Assembly (NCBI GenBank): GCA_022361455.1
Contig: JAKSAW010000593.1
Location: 1,260 to 65,259 of the forward strand
DNA: 64,000 nt
From: Pseudomonadales bacterium
GTDB lineage: Bacteria; Pseudomonadota; Gammaproteobacteria; Pseudomonadales; Ketobacteraceae
Reading direction: 5' to 3'
The translations under genes were made by a program, and so were the position numbers. The stretch's first letter is position 1, and each line of letters begins with the position of its first letter. Shown here in pieces: positions 53,767 through 61,995 of the stretch. Under the pieces are notes generated by a model. It saw only the letters and a list, made by a program, of their open reading frames with translations. It had not been told where the DNA came from and did not search any database.

Positions 53767-54852
53767 CTAAAGCTCTTCAAATCCCTTTCTAGGAAGCGGC
53801 GCTTCCCCATCCACATAAGCTGGATACAACGCTTGGTATTCACCTTTGTCTGTTTTTACAACGAGTTTTCGAGATTTTATATGCGGCGTATTAACCGCAT
53901 CAGAAAGTTCCAATACTTCGTTATAACAACAATCAACATTTCCAAACATAGTATTGCATTCATCTAGCGTCAGCTGAGCAATAAACTCAGCGACCTCTTG
54001 CTGTAATTCCGTTTGCGGTAGTGGATCATTCATACGTTCAATCCACTCTTTTTTGCCTGCAGCTGTACAAAAGTTTTGCCAGAACTTAGGTTCAACCCCA
54101 CCTAAAGCGACAGACTTATTATCTTTAGTAAGATATGTTTTATATCTTGCAGCGCCACCGTTTAATAACGCTTCGCCCCTAGGCATACCTTTGCCAGTTA
54201 AACCCAAATCCGCTAAAGGAAAAGCCATTAAAGGCATTACTGAATCAGCTAGTGCCACTTCAATATGACAACCCTTGCCTGTACGTTGGCGTTCAATAAT
54301 GGCACCTAAAACAGTACTCAGCCCGTATAACCCACCTGCGCAATCAGCTAAAGGAGGCCAAGGAGCAACAGCTTGATCTAATGTTCCCGTTCCTTCTAAT
54401 ACGCCATTCATGGCCAGGTAATTAAGATCATGCCCTACTTCTTTAACTAGTGGGCTATTATCCCCATAACCATTTAACGAGCAGATAATGAGTTGAGGGG
54501 CGTGATCATGCAAAAGCTCTACAGATAGATCGAGCTTGCCGAGTACACCAGGGCGAAATGATTCTAATAACACATCAGCATCCGCAATAAGCTCAAGAAA
54601 CTTATCTCGGTCCTGCATATCTTTTAGATTTAGCTTCACACCCTTTTTGTTGCCATTGACTGCATCAAAATATGCAGAGCGGTTATTTGGTCCTTCAGGA
54701 CCAATAAAGCGCATCTCTTCGCCTTGAGGAGGCTCCACTTTAATAACTTCGGCGCCCATCTCAGCGAGAGATAAAGAAGCAAGGGGACCAGGCAAGTGGC
54801 GGCTTAAATCCACCACTTTTATGCCTCTTAAAAATTGATTTAAACGACTCAT
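53767..54852 (-). CDS. family III CoA-transferase (CaiB/BaiF) / alpha-methylacyl-CoA racemase-like
   Basis: 361 aa. N-terminus GIKVVDLSRHLPGPLASLSLAEMGAEVIKVEPP is typical of the family. The size matches racemase-type members. Transferase versus racemase cannot be decided by eye. Confidence 0.75.
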   Translation of the reverse strand: MSRLNQFLRGIKVVDLSRHLPGPLASLSLAEMGAEVIKVEPPQGEEMRFIGPEGPNNRSAYFDAVNGNKKGVKLNLKDMQDRDKFLELIADADVLLESFRPGVLGKLDLSVELLHDHAPQLIICSLNGYGDNSPLVKEVGHDLNYLAMNGVLEGTGTLDQAVAPWPPLADCAGGLYGLSTVLGAIIERQRTGKGCHIEVALADSVMPLMAFPLADLGLTGKGMPRGEALLNGGAARYKTYLTKDNKSVALGGVEPKFWQNFCTAAGKKEWIERMNDPLPQTELQQEVAEFIAQLTLDECNTMFGNVDCCYNEVLELSDAVNTPHIKSRKLVVKTDKGEYQALYPAYVDGEAPLPRKGFEEL

Positions 54853-54870
54853 CTCGGTATCGCAGTTGGA

Positions 54871-56037
54871 CTAAGTAAAGTCAACTTCAAGACCCATTTC
54901 ACGGGCGATGATCATCGTTTGAATTTGGCTAGAACCATCACCGATACGAGTGATACGTGTATCTCTCAAGTAACGAGATACAGGGCAATCATTCATATAA
55001 CCAAAGCCGCCGTGAACTTGAACTGCAAGATCAGCCACTTCAGATGATGTTTCACAGCAGTAATACTTGGCCATGGCCAATTCTTTTAAGCTTGCAGTAC
55101 CAGCATCTGCTTTAGCTGCTGCCTGACGAGCCAGCAAGCGAGATGTTTCTACTTTAACTGCCATGTCCGCAATCATTTTTTGCACCATTTGCAAACCACC
55201 TAAGGTTTTACCAAATGCTTTTCGATCTTGAGCATAGGCGATGGAGTGATCCAGACAAGCTTGTGATAGGCCAAGCGCACATGCGGATAAGTAGCAGCGC
55301 GCAAATTGATAAGTTTTATGCACGATATAACGGCCATCACCTTCATTACCAACAATCGCATCATCATCAACGATGGCATTATCCAAATAAATTGGGTGAG
55401 TATCTGAAGATCTCCAACCTAGTTTGTCGTAAGACTTTCCAATCTCAACACCTGGCGTACCCGCAGGCACTAGGAACAGGGACATCTTAGATTTTTCAGC
55501 TTCTGGTGGCGTAGAAATCGCCGCAATTAAATTGTAGCTAGTTAAATCACAACCACTGTTTGTGATAAATGCTTTCTCACCAGAGATTGACCACTTTCCT
55601 TCATCAGTTCGCTTTGCTCTTGTGGTGAAACCAGCAGTCCAAGAACCCGCTTGAGGTTCGGTACCGGCAATAGAGCCAACCGCTTTACCAGCAACGATAT
55701 CAGGAAGGTAAGTTTGCTTTTGGAAATCGCTACCAAACTGTTGCAAAGTTAGCCCAGTTGCAACAGCAACCATGGTGGTGAGCGCAAAAGTTTGATCAGC
55801 ACGGGCCAATTCTTCGATTGCCAAAGACATCTCAACAGTGCCTAGGCCTAATCCGCCGTGCTCTTCTTTAAAAGGAATAGAAGCTACACCAATATCTTGG
55901 TTCATCTTCAGATAAAGCTCAGTTGGAAATTTACCTTCTTTGTCGAGCTCATAGGCGACTGGAGCTAATTCTGCTTGCGCCCATTCTCTAACGGTCTCTT
56001 GAAGGTTCTTTTGATCTTGGGTGAGTTCAAAGTTCAT
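54871..56037 (-). CDS. acyl-CoA dehydrogenase (first gene of the minus-strand operon)
   Basis: 388 aa with ACAD domain order (GTEPQAGS; GWRSSDTHPIYL; VQVHGGFGYMND). Confidence 0.9.
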   Translation of the reverse strand: MNFELTQDQKNLQETVREWAQAELAPVAYELDKEGKFPTELYLKMNQDIGVASIPFKEEHGGLGLGTVEMSLAIEELARADQTFALTTMVAVATGLTLQQFGSDFQKQTYLPDIVAGKAVGSIAGTEPQAGSWTAGFTTRAKRTDEGKWSISGEKAFITNSGCDLTSYNLIAAISTPPEAEKSKMSLFLVPAGTPGVEIGKSYDKLGWRSSDTHPIYLDNAIVDDDAIVGNEGDGRYIVHKTYQFARCYLSACALGLSQACLDHSIAYAQDRKAFGKTLGGLQMVQKMIADMAVKVETSRLLARQAAAKADAGTASLKELAMAKYYCCETSSEVADLAVQVHGGFGYMNDCPVSRYLRDTRITRIGDGSSQIQTMIIAREMGLEVDFT

Positions 56038-56311
56038 ATTTCTGTTCTCTACGTCGCTTTACTTGTTGGTCTTATTTCTTCCGTAGCTCTATCTAGAGGC
56101 CGGACCTATAAATACAATTACCCCCATTATCCTGAGGCAACGAGATTTAGTCCGCAGGTCAATTCGAGCAAAGCGTTTGGCTTTTTGAGCAGTCATCCCT
56201 ATCGACGGGAGCTTAATATGACTTTGCTGTAAGATTTGCATCTAGCATGGCAAAAAACGCATCGCAGAATCGCCTCACTTTGATTATGTAACCTAGCTCC
56301 AAATACCCCAT

Positions 56312-56338
56312 CGTCCAACTGGACTAGGACATTGGACG
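56312..56338. promoter_or_regulatory. candidate operator: CGTCCAA-N13-TTGGACG inverted repeat containing nested GTCCA-ac-TGGAC palindrome
   Basis: Seen in the 483-bp divergent intergenic region between the ACAD operon and the AraC gene: tCGTCCAACTGGACtagGACatTGGACGcc. Coordinates are +/- 2 nt. No experimental support. Confidence 0.3.
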
Positions 56339-56520
56339 CCCATTGAAATACCGTGTAACTCTATGAAATTACTGCTTATTTATCAGGCGATTCTTGCGCT
56401 TTTTTTGGCGGAAATGGATCACCTAAAACTAGCGAAGAAGAACATAGCGGACATCGAAAAGAGAAACCCAAGACAAATAACAAATCTCTTTCAGCATTAA
56501 GACGTTAGGAGACTCTGGGA

Positions 56521-57570
56521 ATGACTACATTGGCACCAATTGATGCGCTACCTGCAAACCTTCAGGAGCCGACAGCTATGCATAGCTGGGCAGTGGTGAT
56601 CGCCCAAACTCTTGAGCATGCAGGGGTGGATAGCCAAGCCATTTTTGAAGAGGCAGGTGTGGAATACAAGATGGCAGTCAATCCCTACATGCGAGTCCCT
56701 ACTCGAAAGATTAGTCGCCTATTTGAACTCAGCGTTGCTGCCACCGGTAACACCTGCTTTGGCTTGAGCATGGTTGAATTTATCCACCCTACTACATTTC
56801 ATGCCTTAGGCTATTCCTTGTTTGCCAGCACCACTTTGCAAGACTACTTTGAGCGTTTAGTACGCTTCTTCCGAATTGTTAGCGATAACTGTCGCCATCA
56901 CATCGAAGAAACTGAAGATGCAGTTAAGCTTAGAATCGAATTATTGGTTCCAAACCTCTCACATGAAACACAGGAAGGTTGGACGGCTACGTTAGTCAAA
57001 TTCACGAGACAGATTTACAACCCTAGCTTTAACCCGTTAAAGGTATGCCTAACTCGCGATAACTGTTCAGACGAAGACAAAGAGCAATTTAGAAAGTATT
57101 TCCGAACAGATGTAGAGTTTGGTTCCAATGAATGGGCCATTTACTTCGATAAAGAATGCGTGTTGCAGCCACTACCAGGTGGTAACAACGAGCTCGCATT
57201 AATGAACGATAAAGTGGTTATGGAGTATCTTTCCAACATTGAAAAAACTGATTTAATCAATCGGGTAAGAACTCACATTATCAAGCTTTTGCCATCAGGC
57301 AATTGCAGCAAAGACTATATTGCCAGCAAGCTTAATTTCAGTTCCCGTAGCCTACAAAACAAACTTGAAGCGCTTAACACCACTTATCAAGATATCTTAG
57401 ACGATACACGTCGAGATCTTGCACTTAAGTACATTGAAAACGATCACACCTCGGTAAGTGAGATCACCTATCTACTCGGCTTTTCAGACACCAGCAATTT
57501 CTCAAGAGCCTTCAAACGCTGGCTTGGCTGCACTCCAACCCAATATCGCGAACGTGAATTCGCAAAATAA
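56521..57570 (+). CDS. AraC-family regulator with N-terminal AraC-type ligand-binding domain
   Basis: 349 aa. C-terminal dual HTH (SVSEITYLLGFSDTSNFSRAFKRWLGCTPTQYR). Divergent from the carboxylase operon and upstream of the hydratase-thiolase-SDR operon. Confidence 0.8.
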   Translation: MTTLAPIDALPANLQEPTAMHSWAVVIAQTLEHAGVDSQAIFEEAGVEYKMAVNPYMRVPTRKISRLFELSVAATGNTCFGLSMVEFIHPTTFHALGYSLFASTTLQDYFERLVRFFRIVSDNCRHHIEETEDAVKLRIELLVPNLSHETQEGWTATLVKFTRQIYNPSFNPLKVCLTRDNCSDEDKEQFRKYFRTDVEFGSNEWAIYFDKECVLQPLPGGNNELALMNDKVVMEYLSNIEKTDLINRVRTHIIKLLPSGNCSKDYIASKLNFSSRSLQNKLEALNTTYQDILDDTRRDLALKYIENDHTSVSEITYLLGFSDTSNFSRAFKRWLGCTPTQYREREFAK

Positions 57571-57611
57571 TCACAAAGCTTTAAGCCGTACTAATTTTTA
57601 GGAGAGAACAA

Positions 57612-58391
57612 ATGTCAGATAGTGTGTTGCTAGCAGAGCAGCAAGGCCCAATTATGTGGCTAACAATGAATAGAGCTCATGCGATGAATTCATTGAGTTT
57701 TGAGTTGACCGCCGCACTCATTGAACAATTCAATACCCTTAAGGACGATCCTAGCGTTCGTGTTATCGCTATTACCGGCACCGACAAAGCTTTTTGCGCT
57801 GGTGCTGATTTAAAAACCATGATGAATGACTATGCACCGGGTGAACCAGACATCCTCGATGTTATCGTTGATCTTCTAACCATTGTTCGAAGCTATCCTA
57901 AACCCGTTATTGCCGCAGTTAACGGTTTAGCATTGGCGGGTGGTATGGAATTAATGATGTGTTGCGACCTGATTTATGCAGGTGAAAGCGCGCGTATTGG
58001 CGACGCTCATTGTAACTATGGCATTGTGCCTGGTGGTGGTGGAGCAGCGATTATGCCGAGACTGCTCCCCTTACCTATCGCGAAATATTTGTTATTTACT
58101 GGCGAGTTTCTTCCAGCGGCAGAGCTAGCTCATTATGGATTAGTTAACGAAGTCGTTGCAGACGAATCATTAAAAGAAAAAGTCAACCAAGTAGCCACTG
58201 TTATTGCCAGCAAAAGCCCAATTGGACTTTCAAGGGCTAAAGCGGTTGCTAACGAAGCTTTGGATAAATCCGCCGCAGATGCCATTGTTCACGAGCGACT
58301 AGCATCGCGCGATCAATTCAGATCCTACGACTACAGCGAAGGCATCAAAGCCTTTTTAGAAAAGCGTAAGCCCGAATTCAAAGGCTATTAA
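57612..58391 (+). CDS. enoyl-CoA hydratase/isomerase family
   Basis: 259 aa. ITGTDKAFCAGADLK and NGLALAGGMELMMCCD crotonase motifs. Confidence 0.85.
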   Translation: MSDSVLLAEQQGPIMWLTMNRAHAMNSLSFELTAALIEQFNTLKDDPSVRVIAITGTDKAFCAGADLKTMMNDYAPGEPDILDVIVDLLTIVRSYPKPVIAAVNGLALAGGMELMMCCDLIYAGESARIGDAHCNYGIVPGGGGAAIMPRLLPLPIAKYLLFTGEFLPAAELAHYGLVNEVVADESLKEKVNQVATVIASKSPIGLSRAKAVANEALDKSAADAIVHERLASRDQFRSYDYSEGIKAFLEKRKPEFKGY

Positions 58392-58412
58392 TTTTCTTTC
58401 GAGGTTAAAACC

Positions 58413-59651
58413 ATGACTGCCATTTATATTGTTGGTGTCGGCATGACACCATTTGGACGCCATTTAGATAAATCCCTAAAACAACTCTGTGCTAGCGCAG
58501 TCAATGAAGCACTTGTTGATGCCAATATAACCAGAGAATCCATAGAAGAGATTCACTTTGGTAACTGTATTCAAGGTTATATGGAAGGTCAGCATATGAT
58601 TCGCGGCCATTCCATTTTTCTAGAACAGGGTTTTGGTGGCGTTCCTATTTTTAACTTAGAAAGTGGCTGTGCCAGTGGCAGCATGGCCTTCAATCAAGCT
58701 TTACGCGGCTTGCTATCTGGACAAACCCAAGTGGCCATGGCAGTAGGCGCAGAAAAAATGGTGGATACCGATAAACAAAAGATGTTCGAGGCGTTTAACA
58801 GTGCTTGGGACATTAGCCGAACTGAATGGCAGCTAGGTGTAATTGCCTCTATGTGGGAAGGCTTTGAGGCACCTGCAGGAAGCACCTCTGAAAAACCATA
58901 TAGCGCATTTATGGATGTGTATAAAGGCGAATTCTTTAATCACCTTCGCCACTTTGATATTACTCAGGAGCAAGTGGCAGCGATTTGCGCTAAGAACCAT
59001 CAGCATTCTGTGCACAACCCCAAAGCCCAATTTCAAGTGTCTTACACCCAAGAAGAAGTTTTAAAAGCCCCTCCGATCACATTCCCATTAACACTACCCA
59101 TGTGTGCACCCATTAGCGACGGCGCTGCCGCGGTTATCGTTTGTACTGAAGAAGCTCTAGACAAATATAAAATTGATAAATCGCGCGCAATAACAATACT
59201 AGGCTCAGTGGTGGGCGCTGGCGTTGAAAGAGCACCTGATGATTTCGATCGCCACATCGTGACACGTATTTCGAATTCACTCTATGAAAAAGCTGGTGTA
59301 GGACCAAGCGATGTAGACTTAGTTGAACTACACGACGCCACCGCTGTTGGAGAGTTATTAGAAACTGAAGCGCTAGGTTTATGTGCCCCAGGTGAAGGCG
59401 GAGCATTTGCAGAAAAAGGTGAAACTAGTCTGGGTGGTAAAGTGCCTATCAATACCTCCGGTGGCTTGGAGTCCCGCGGCCACCCTATTGCAGCTACCGG
59501 TATCGCTCAACTACACGATCTAACTCAACAACTTCGCCATGAGGCTGGCCCGCGACAAGTGGAAAATGCCCATATTGCTCTGCAATGTAATGTTGGTGGC
59601 TTTTGGGGCGTGGAAGAAGCATCGGCCCACGTTGCACTGTTAGCCAAGTAG
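58413..59651 (+). CDS. thiolase-fold protein, SCP-x / lipid-transfer-type thiolase
   Basis: 412 aa. Nucleophile region LESGCASGSMAF, His region NTSGGLESRGHPIAATG, and C-terminal CNVGG. Confidence 0.8.
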   Translation: MTAIYIVGVGMTPFGRHLDKSLKQLCASAVNEALVDANITRESIEEIHFGNCIQGYMEGQHMIRGHSIFLEQGFGGVPIFNLESGCASGSMAFNQALRGLLSGQTQVAMAVGAEKMVDTDKQKMFEAFNSAWDISRTEWQLGVIASMWEGFEAPAGSTSEKPYSAFMDVYKGEFFNHLRHFDITQEQVAAICAKNHQHSVHNPKAQFQVSYTQEEVLKAPPITFPLTLPMCAPISDGAAAVIVCTEEALDKYKIDKSRAITILGSVVGAGVERAPDDFDRHIVTRISNSLYEKAGVGPSDVDLVELHDATAVGELLETEALGLCAPGEGGAFAEKGETSLGGKVPINTSGGLESRGHPIAATGIAQLHDLTQQLRHEAGPRQVENAHIALQCNVGGFWGVEEASAHVALLAK

Positions 59652-59679
59652 CGTTAACGCAAACCAGGAGAACCCCACC

Positions 59680-60444
59680 ATGGAATTAAAGAACAAGGTC
59701 ATCGCTATTACCGGAGCCGCCAGAGGCATTGGTCGAGCAATAGCAATTCGGCTGGCTGAACAAGGCGCAAATATTGCTGCCATCGATCTCGATTTAGAAA
59801 ATCTTACAGAAACCGTATCACTAGTTGAAAAACTAGGAGTGAAAGCGAAAAGTTATCAATGCGATGTTGCTGACGAAGCCATGGTAGAAACGACTTTCGC
59901 TTCGATTGTAGAACAATTTGGATCTATTGAAGGCCTAGTAAACAACGCAGGGGTATTACGTGATGGCCTATTAATTAAAGTTAGCGGCGGAAAGGTCATT
60001 AAAAAAATGACCGCGCAGCAATATGATCTGGTTGTTAACGTCCACATGAAAGGCGCGTTTTTATGTACTCGCGAAGCCGCTGCACAAATGGTGGAATTGG
60101 GTATTGATGAAGGCTGCATCGTGAGCATGTCGTCTGGCGCCTATCACGGCAACTTCGGTCAAACTAACTACTCAGCTGCGAAAGCGGGTATTGTAGCCAT
60201 GAGCAGAGTTTGGTCCAAAGAGTTAGCTAGATACAATATCCGATCTGCCGCAATTGCACCAGGCACGATCGAAACAGATATGTTACGCTCCATGCCCCCT
60301 GAAGCCCTGGAGGGCCTTGCTAAAAAAGTGCCTTTGGGCAGAATTGGCGACGTGGACAATATCGCGCAAACGGTTCAGTTTATCTTAGAAAACAACTACG
60401 TTAGCGGCGATGTTATAGAAGTAAATGGCGGGTTATTTTTTTAA
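59680..60444 (+). CDS. SDR-family 3-hydroxyacyl-CoA / 3-oxoacyl reductase-like
   Basis: 254 aa. TGAARGIG, NNAGV, YSAAKAG (YxxxK), PGTIETDM. Confidence 0.85.
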   Translation: MELKNKVIAITGAARGIGRAIAIRLAEQGANIAAIDLDLENLTETVSLVEKLGVKAKSYQCDVADEAMVETTFASIVEQFGSIEGLVNNAGVLRDGLLIKVSGGKVIKKMTAQQYDLVVNVHMKGAFLCTREAAAQMVELGIDEGCIVSMSSGAYHGNFGQTNYSAAKAGIVAMSRVWSKELARYNIRSAAIAPGTIETDMLRSMPPEALEGLAKKVPLGRIGDVDNIAQTVQFILENNYVSGDVIEVNGGLFF

Positions 60445-60501
60445 GCTAAGCTTATGTTAAAGGCCCACAGAATTTAATCCGTCACTCGGAATTGTAGTTT
60501 T

Positions 60502-61713
60502 ATGGATGATCTTTGGTTATTTATCTCAATCCCATTTATTAGTGCCGCTGTAGGTTATGGTACCAACTGGGTTTGTATAAAGATGATGTGCTACCCCATT
60601 AACTTTTGGGGAATCAAACCACCCTATCTAGGCTGGCAAGGCGTAGTGCCTCGTCGAGCGCCGCACATTGCAGGTATTCAAGTCGATCTGATGACACAAA
60701 ACCTCATCAGCGTAGAAGACATTTTCAGTCGTATCGATTCCAAGAAGATTGCCGAGCATCTCGAGCCGGTAATACTTAACCTCATCCAGCGCATCACCGA
60801 CGAAGTAATGACAGCACAATCCCCAAAACTTTGGGAAGCCGTGCCTATCAAAATAAAAGATCGCATCTATAAAAAAGCTAAAGCCGACTCCCCCGCCATC
60901 GTTAAAGCGATGATGGACGATATCAAATACAACATCACCGATATCTTTGATCTAAAAGGCATGGTGATGGACTCTTTTGTCAAAGATCGTTCCATGCTGG
61001 TCAGGCTGTTCCAGGAAATCGGCTACAAAGAATTCGCCTTTGTACAAAACTCTGGTCTTTGGTTTGGTTTCTTGTTTGGCTGCATACAAATGGTAGTTTG
61101 GTTCTTCTATCAAGAATCATGGATTTTGCCGTTGTGTGGTGTGTTAGTTGGCACCATCACTAACTGGCTAGCCATTAACATGATCTTCTCGCCTAAAAAC
61201 CCAATCAAAGTAGGCCCGTTTACTATCCAAGGTTTATTCATTAAACGTCAGGACGAAGTGGCGACAGACTTTGGCTTATTAATCGCGGGAGAGATCATCA
61301 ATTCAAATAATATTATTAATGCCATTCTTAAAGGCCCCTCTTCTGACCGTTTATTTGAGCTTATCCAAAAGAATGTTAAGCGCACCATGGATGAAACGGT
61401 GGGCTTCACCAAACCTTTTGTTACCTTTAGCATTGGTACTAAGCGCTACATAGAGATTAAAAATCTCGCTGTTGATCGCATCATGGAATATATCCCTGAA
61501 GCGATGAAGCATATCCATAATTACACCGAAGAAGCGATGGATATTAACGCCACCCTAAGAGAAAAAATGACCGGGCTTACTCCTGAGCAGTTTGAAGGCA
61601 TGTTAAGACCAGCTTTTGAAGCCGATGAATGGCAGCTGGTAGCACTTGGCGCGGTCATTGGTGGATTAGTTGGTTGGGCGCAATTGGTATTCGTGTTTGG
61701 TATGAGTTTATAA
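60502..61713 (+). CDS. DUF445-family membrane protein
   Basis: 403 aa. The N- and C-terminal TM segments each carry the TNW(L/V).I.M motif (GTNWVCIKMMCYP; ITNWLAINMIFSPKNP...IQGLFIKRQ), as I recall for DUF445/YheB-like proteins. Confidence 0.6.
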   Translation: MDDLWLFISIPFISAAVGYGTNWVCIKMMCYPINFWGIKPPYLGWQGVVPRRAPHIAGIQVDLMTQNLISVEDIFSRIDSKKIAEHLEPVILNLIQRITDEVMTAQSPKLWEAVPIKIKDRIYKKAKADSPAIVKAMMDDIKYNITDIFDLKGMVMDSFVKDRSMLVRLFQEIGYKEFAFVQNSGLWFGFLFGCIQMVVWFFYQESWILPLCGVLVGTITNWLAINMIFSPKNPIKVGPFTIQGLFIKRQDEVATDFGLLIAGEIINSNNIINAILKGPSSDRLFELIQKNVKRTMDETVGFTKPFVTFSIGTKRYIEIKNLAVDRIMEYIPEAMKHIHNYTEEAMDINATLREKMTGLTPEQFEGMLRPAFEADEWQLVALGAVIGGLVGWAQLVFVFGMSL

Positions 61714-61995
61714 GCTTTGCTTATCAGATAATTCTAATCTTTTTAGAAATATAAAACCATAAAGTGGTCGCTTCGGCCTGCTAATGCTTCCATAAGCAAG
61801 AATGCCTGACCTATTGTCATTGCAGACCAAATAATGGATATAAAGAAGGCTGCTTTTTGCACCAAAGCGGACATGAAGCTTGCGTCACTTCGATTCATAT
61901 ATAAGAGCTTTGAGCCTATAGAGAAAATTTTGCTTTATGCTCATTACTTGTCTATCTATAGATTAGACAAACGCTCTCGCATTATAAGATCTATC

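Noticed and set aside
56363-56500. 45-aa ORF (MKLLLIYQAILALFLAEMDHLK...) in the divergent promoter region. Also a 43-aa minus-strand ORF at about 61743..61874
   Set aside because: Neither has a Shine-Dalgarno sequence or conservation evidence, and both are below any length at which composition is informative. They may simply be promoter DNA.
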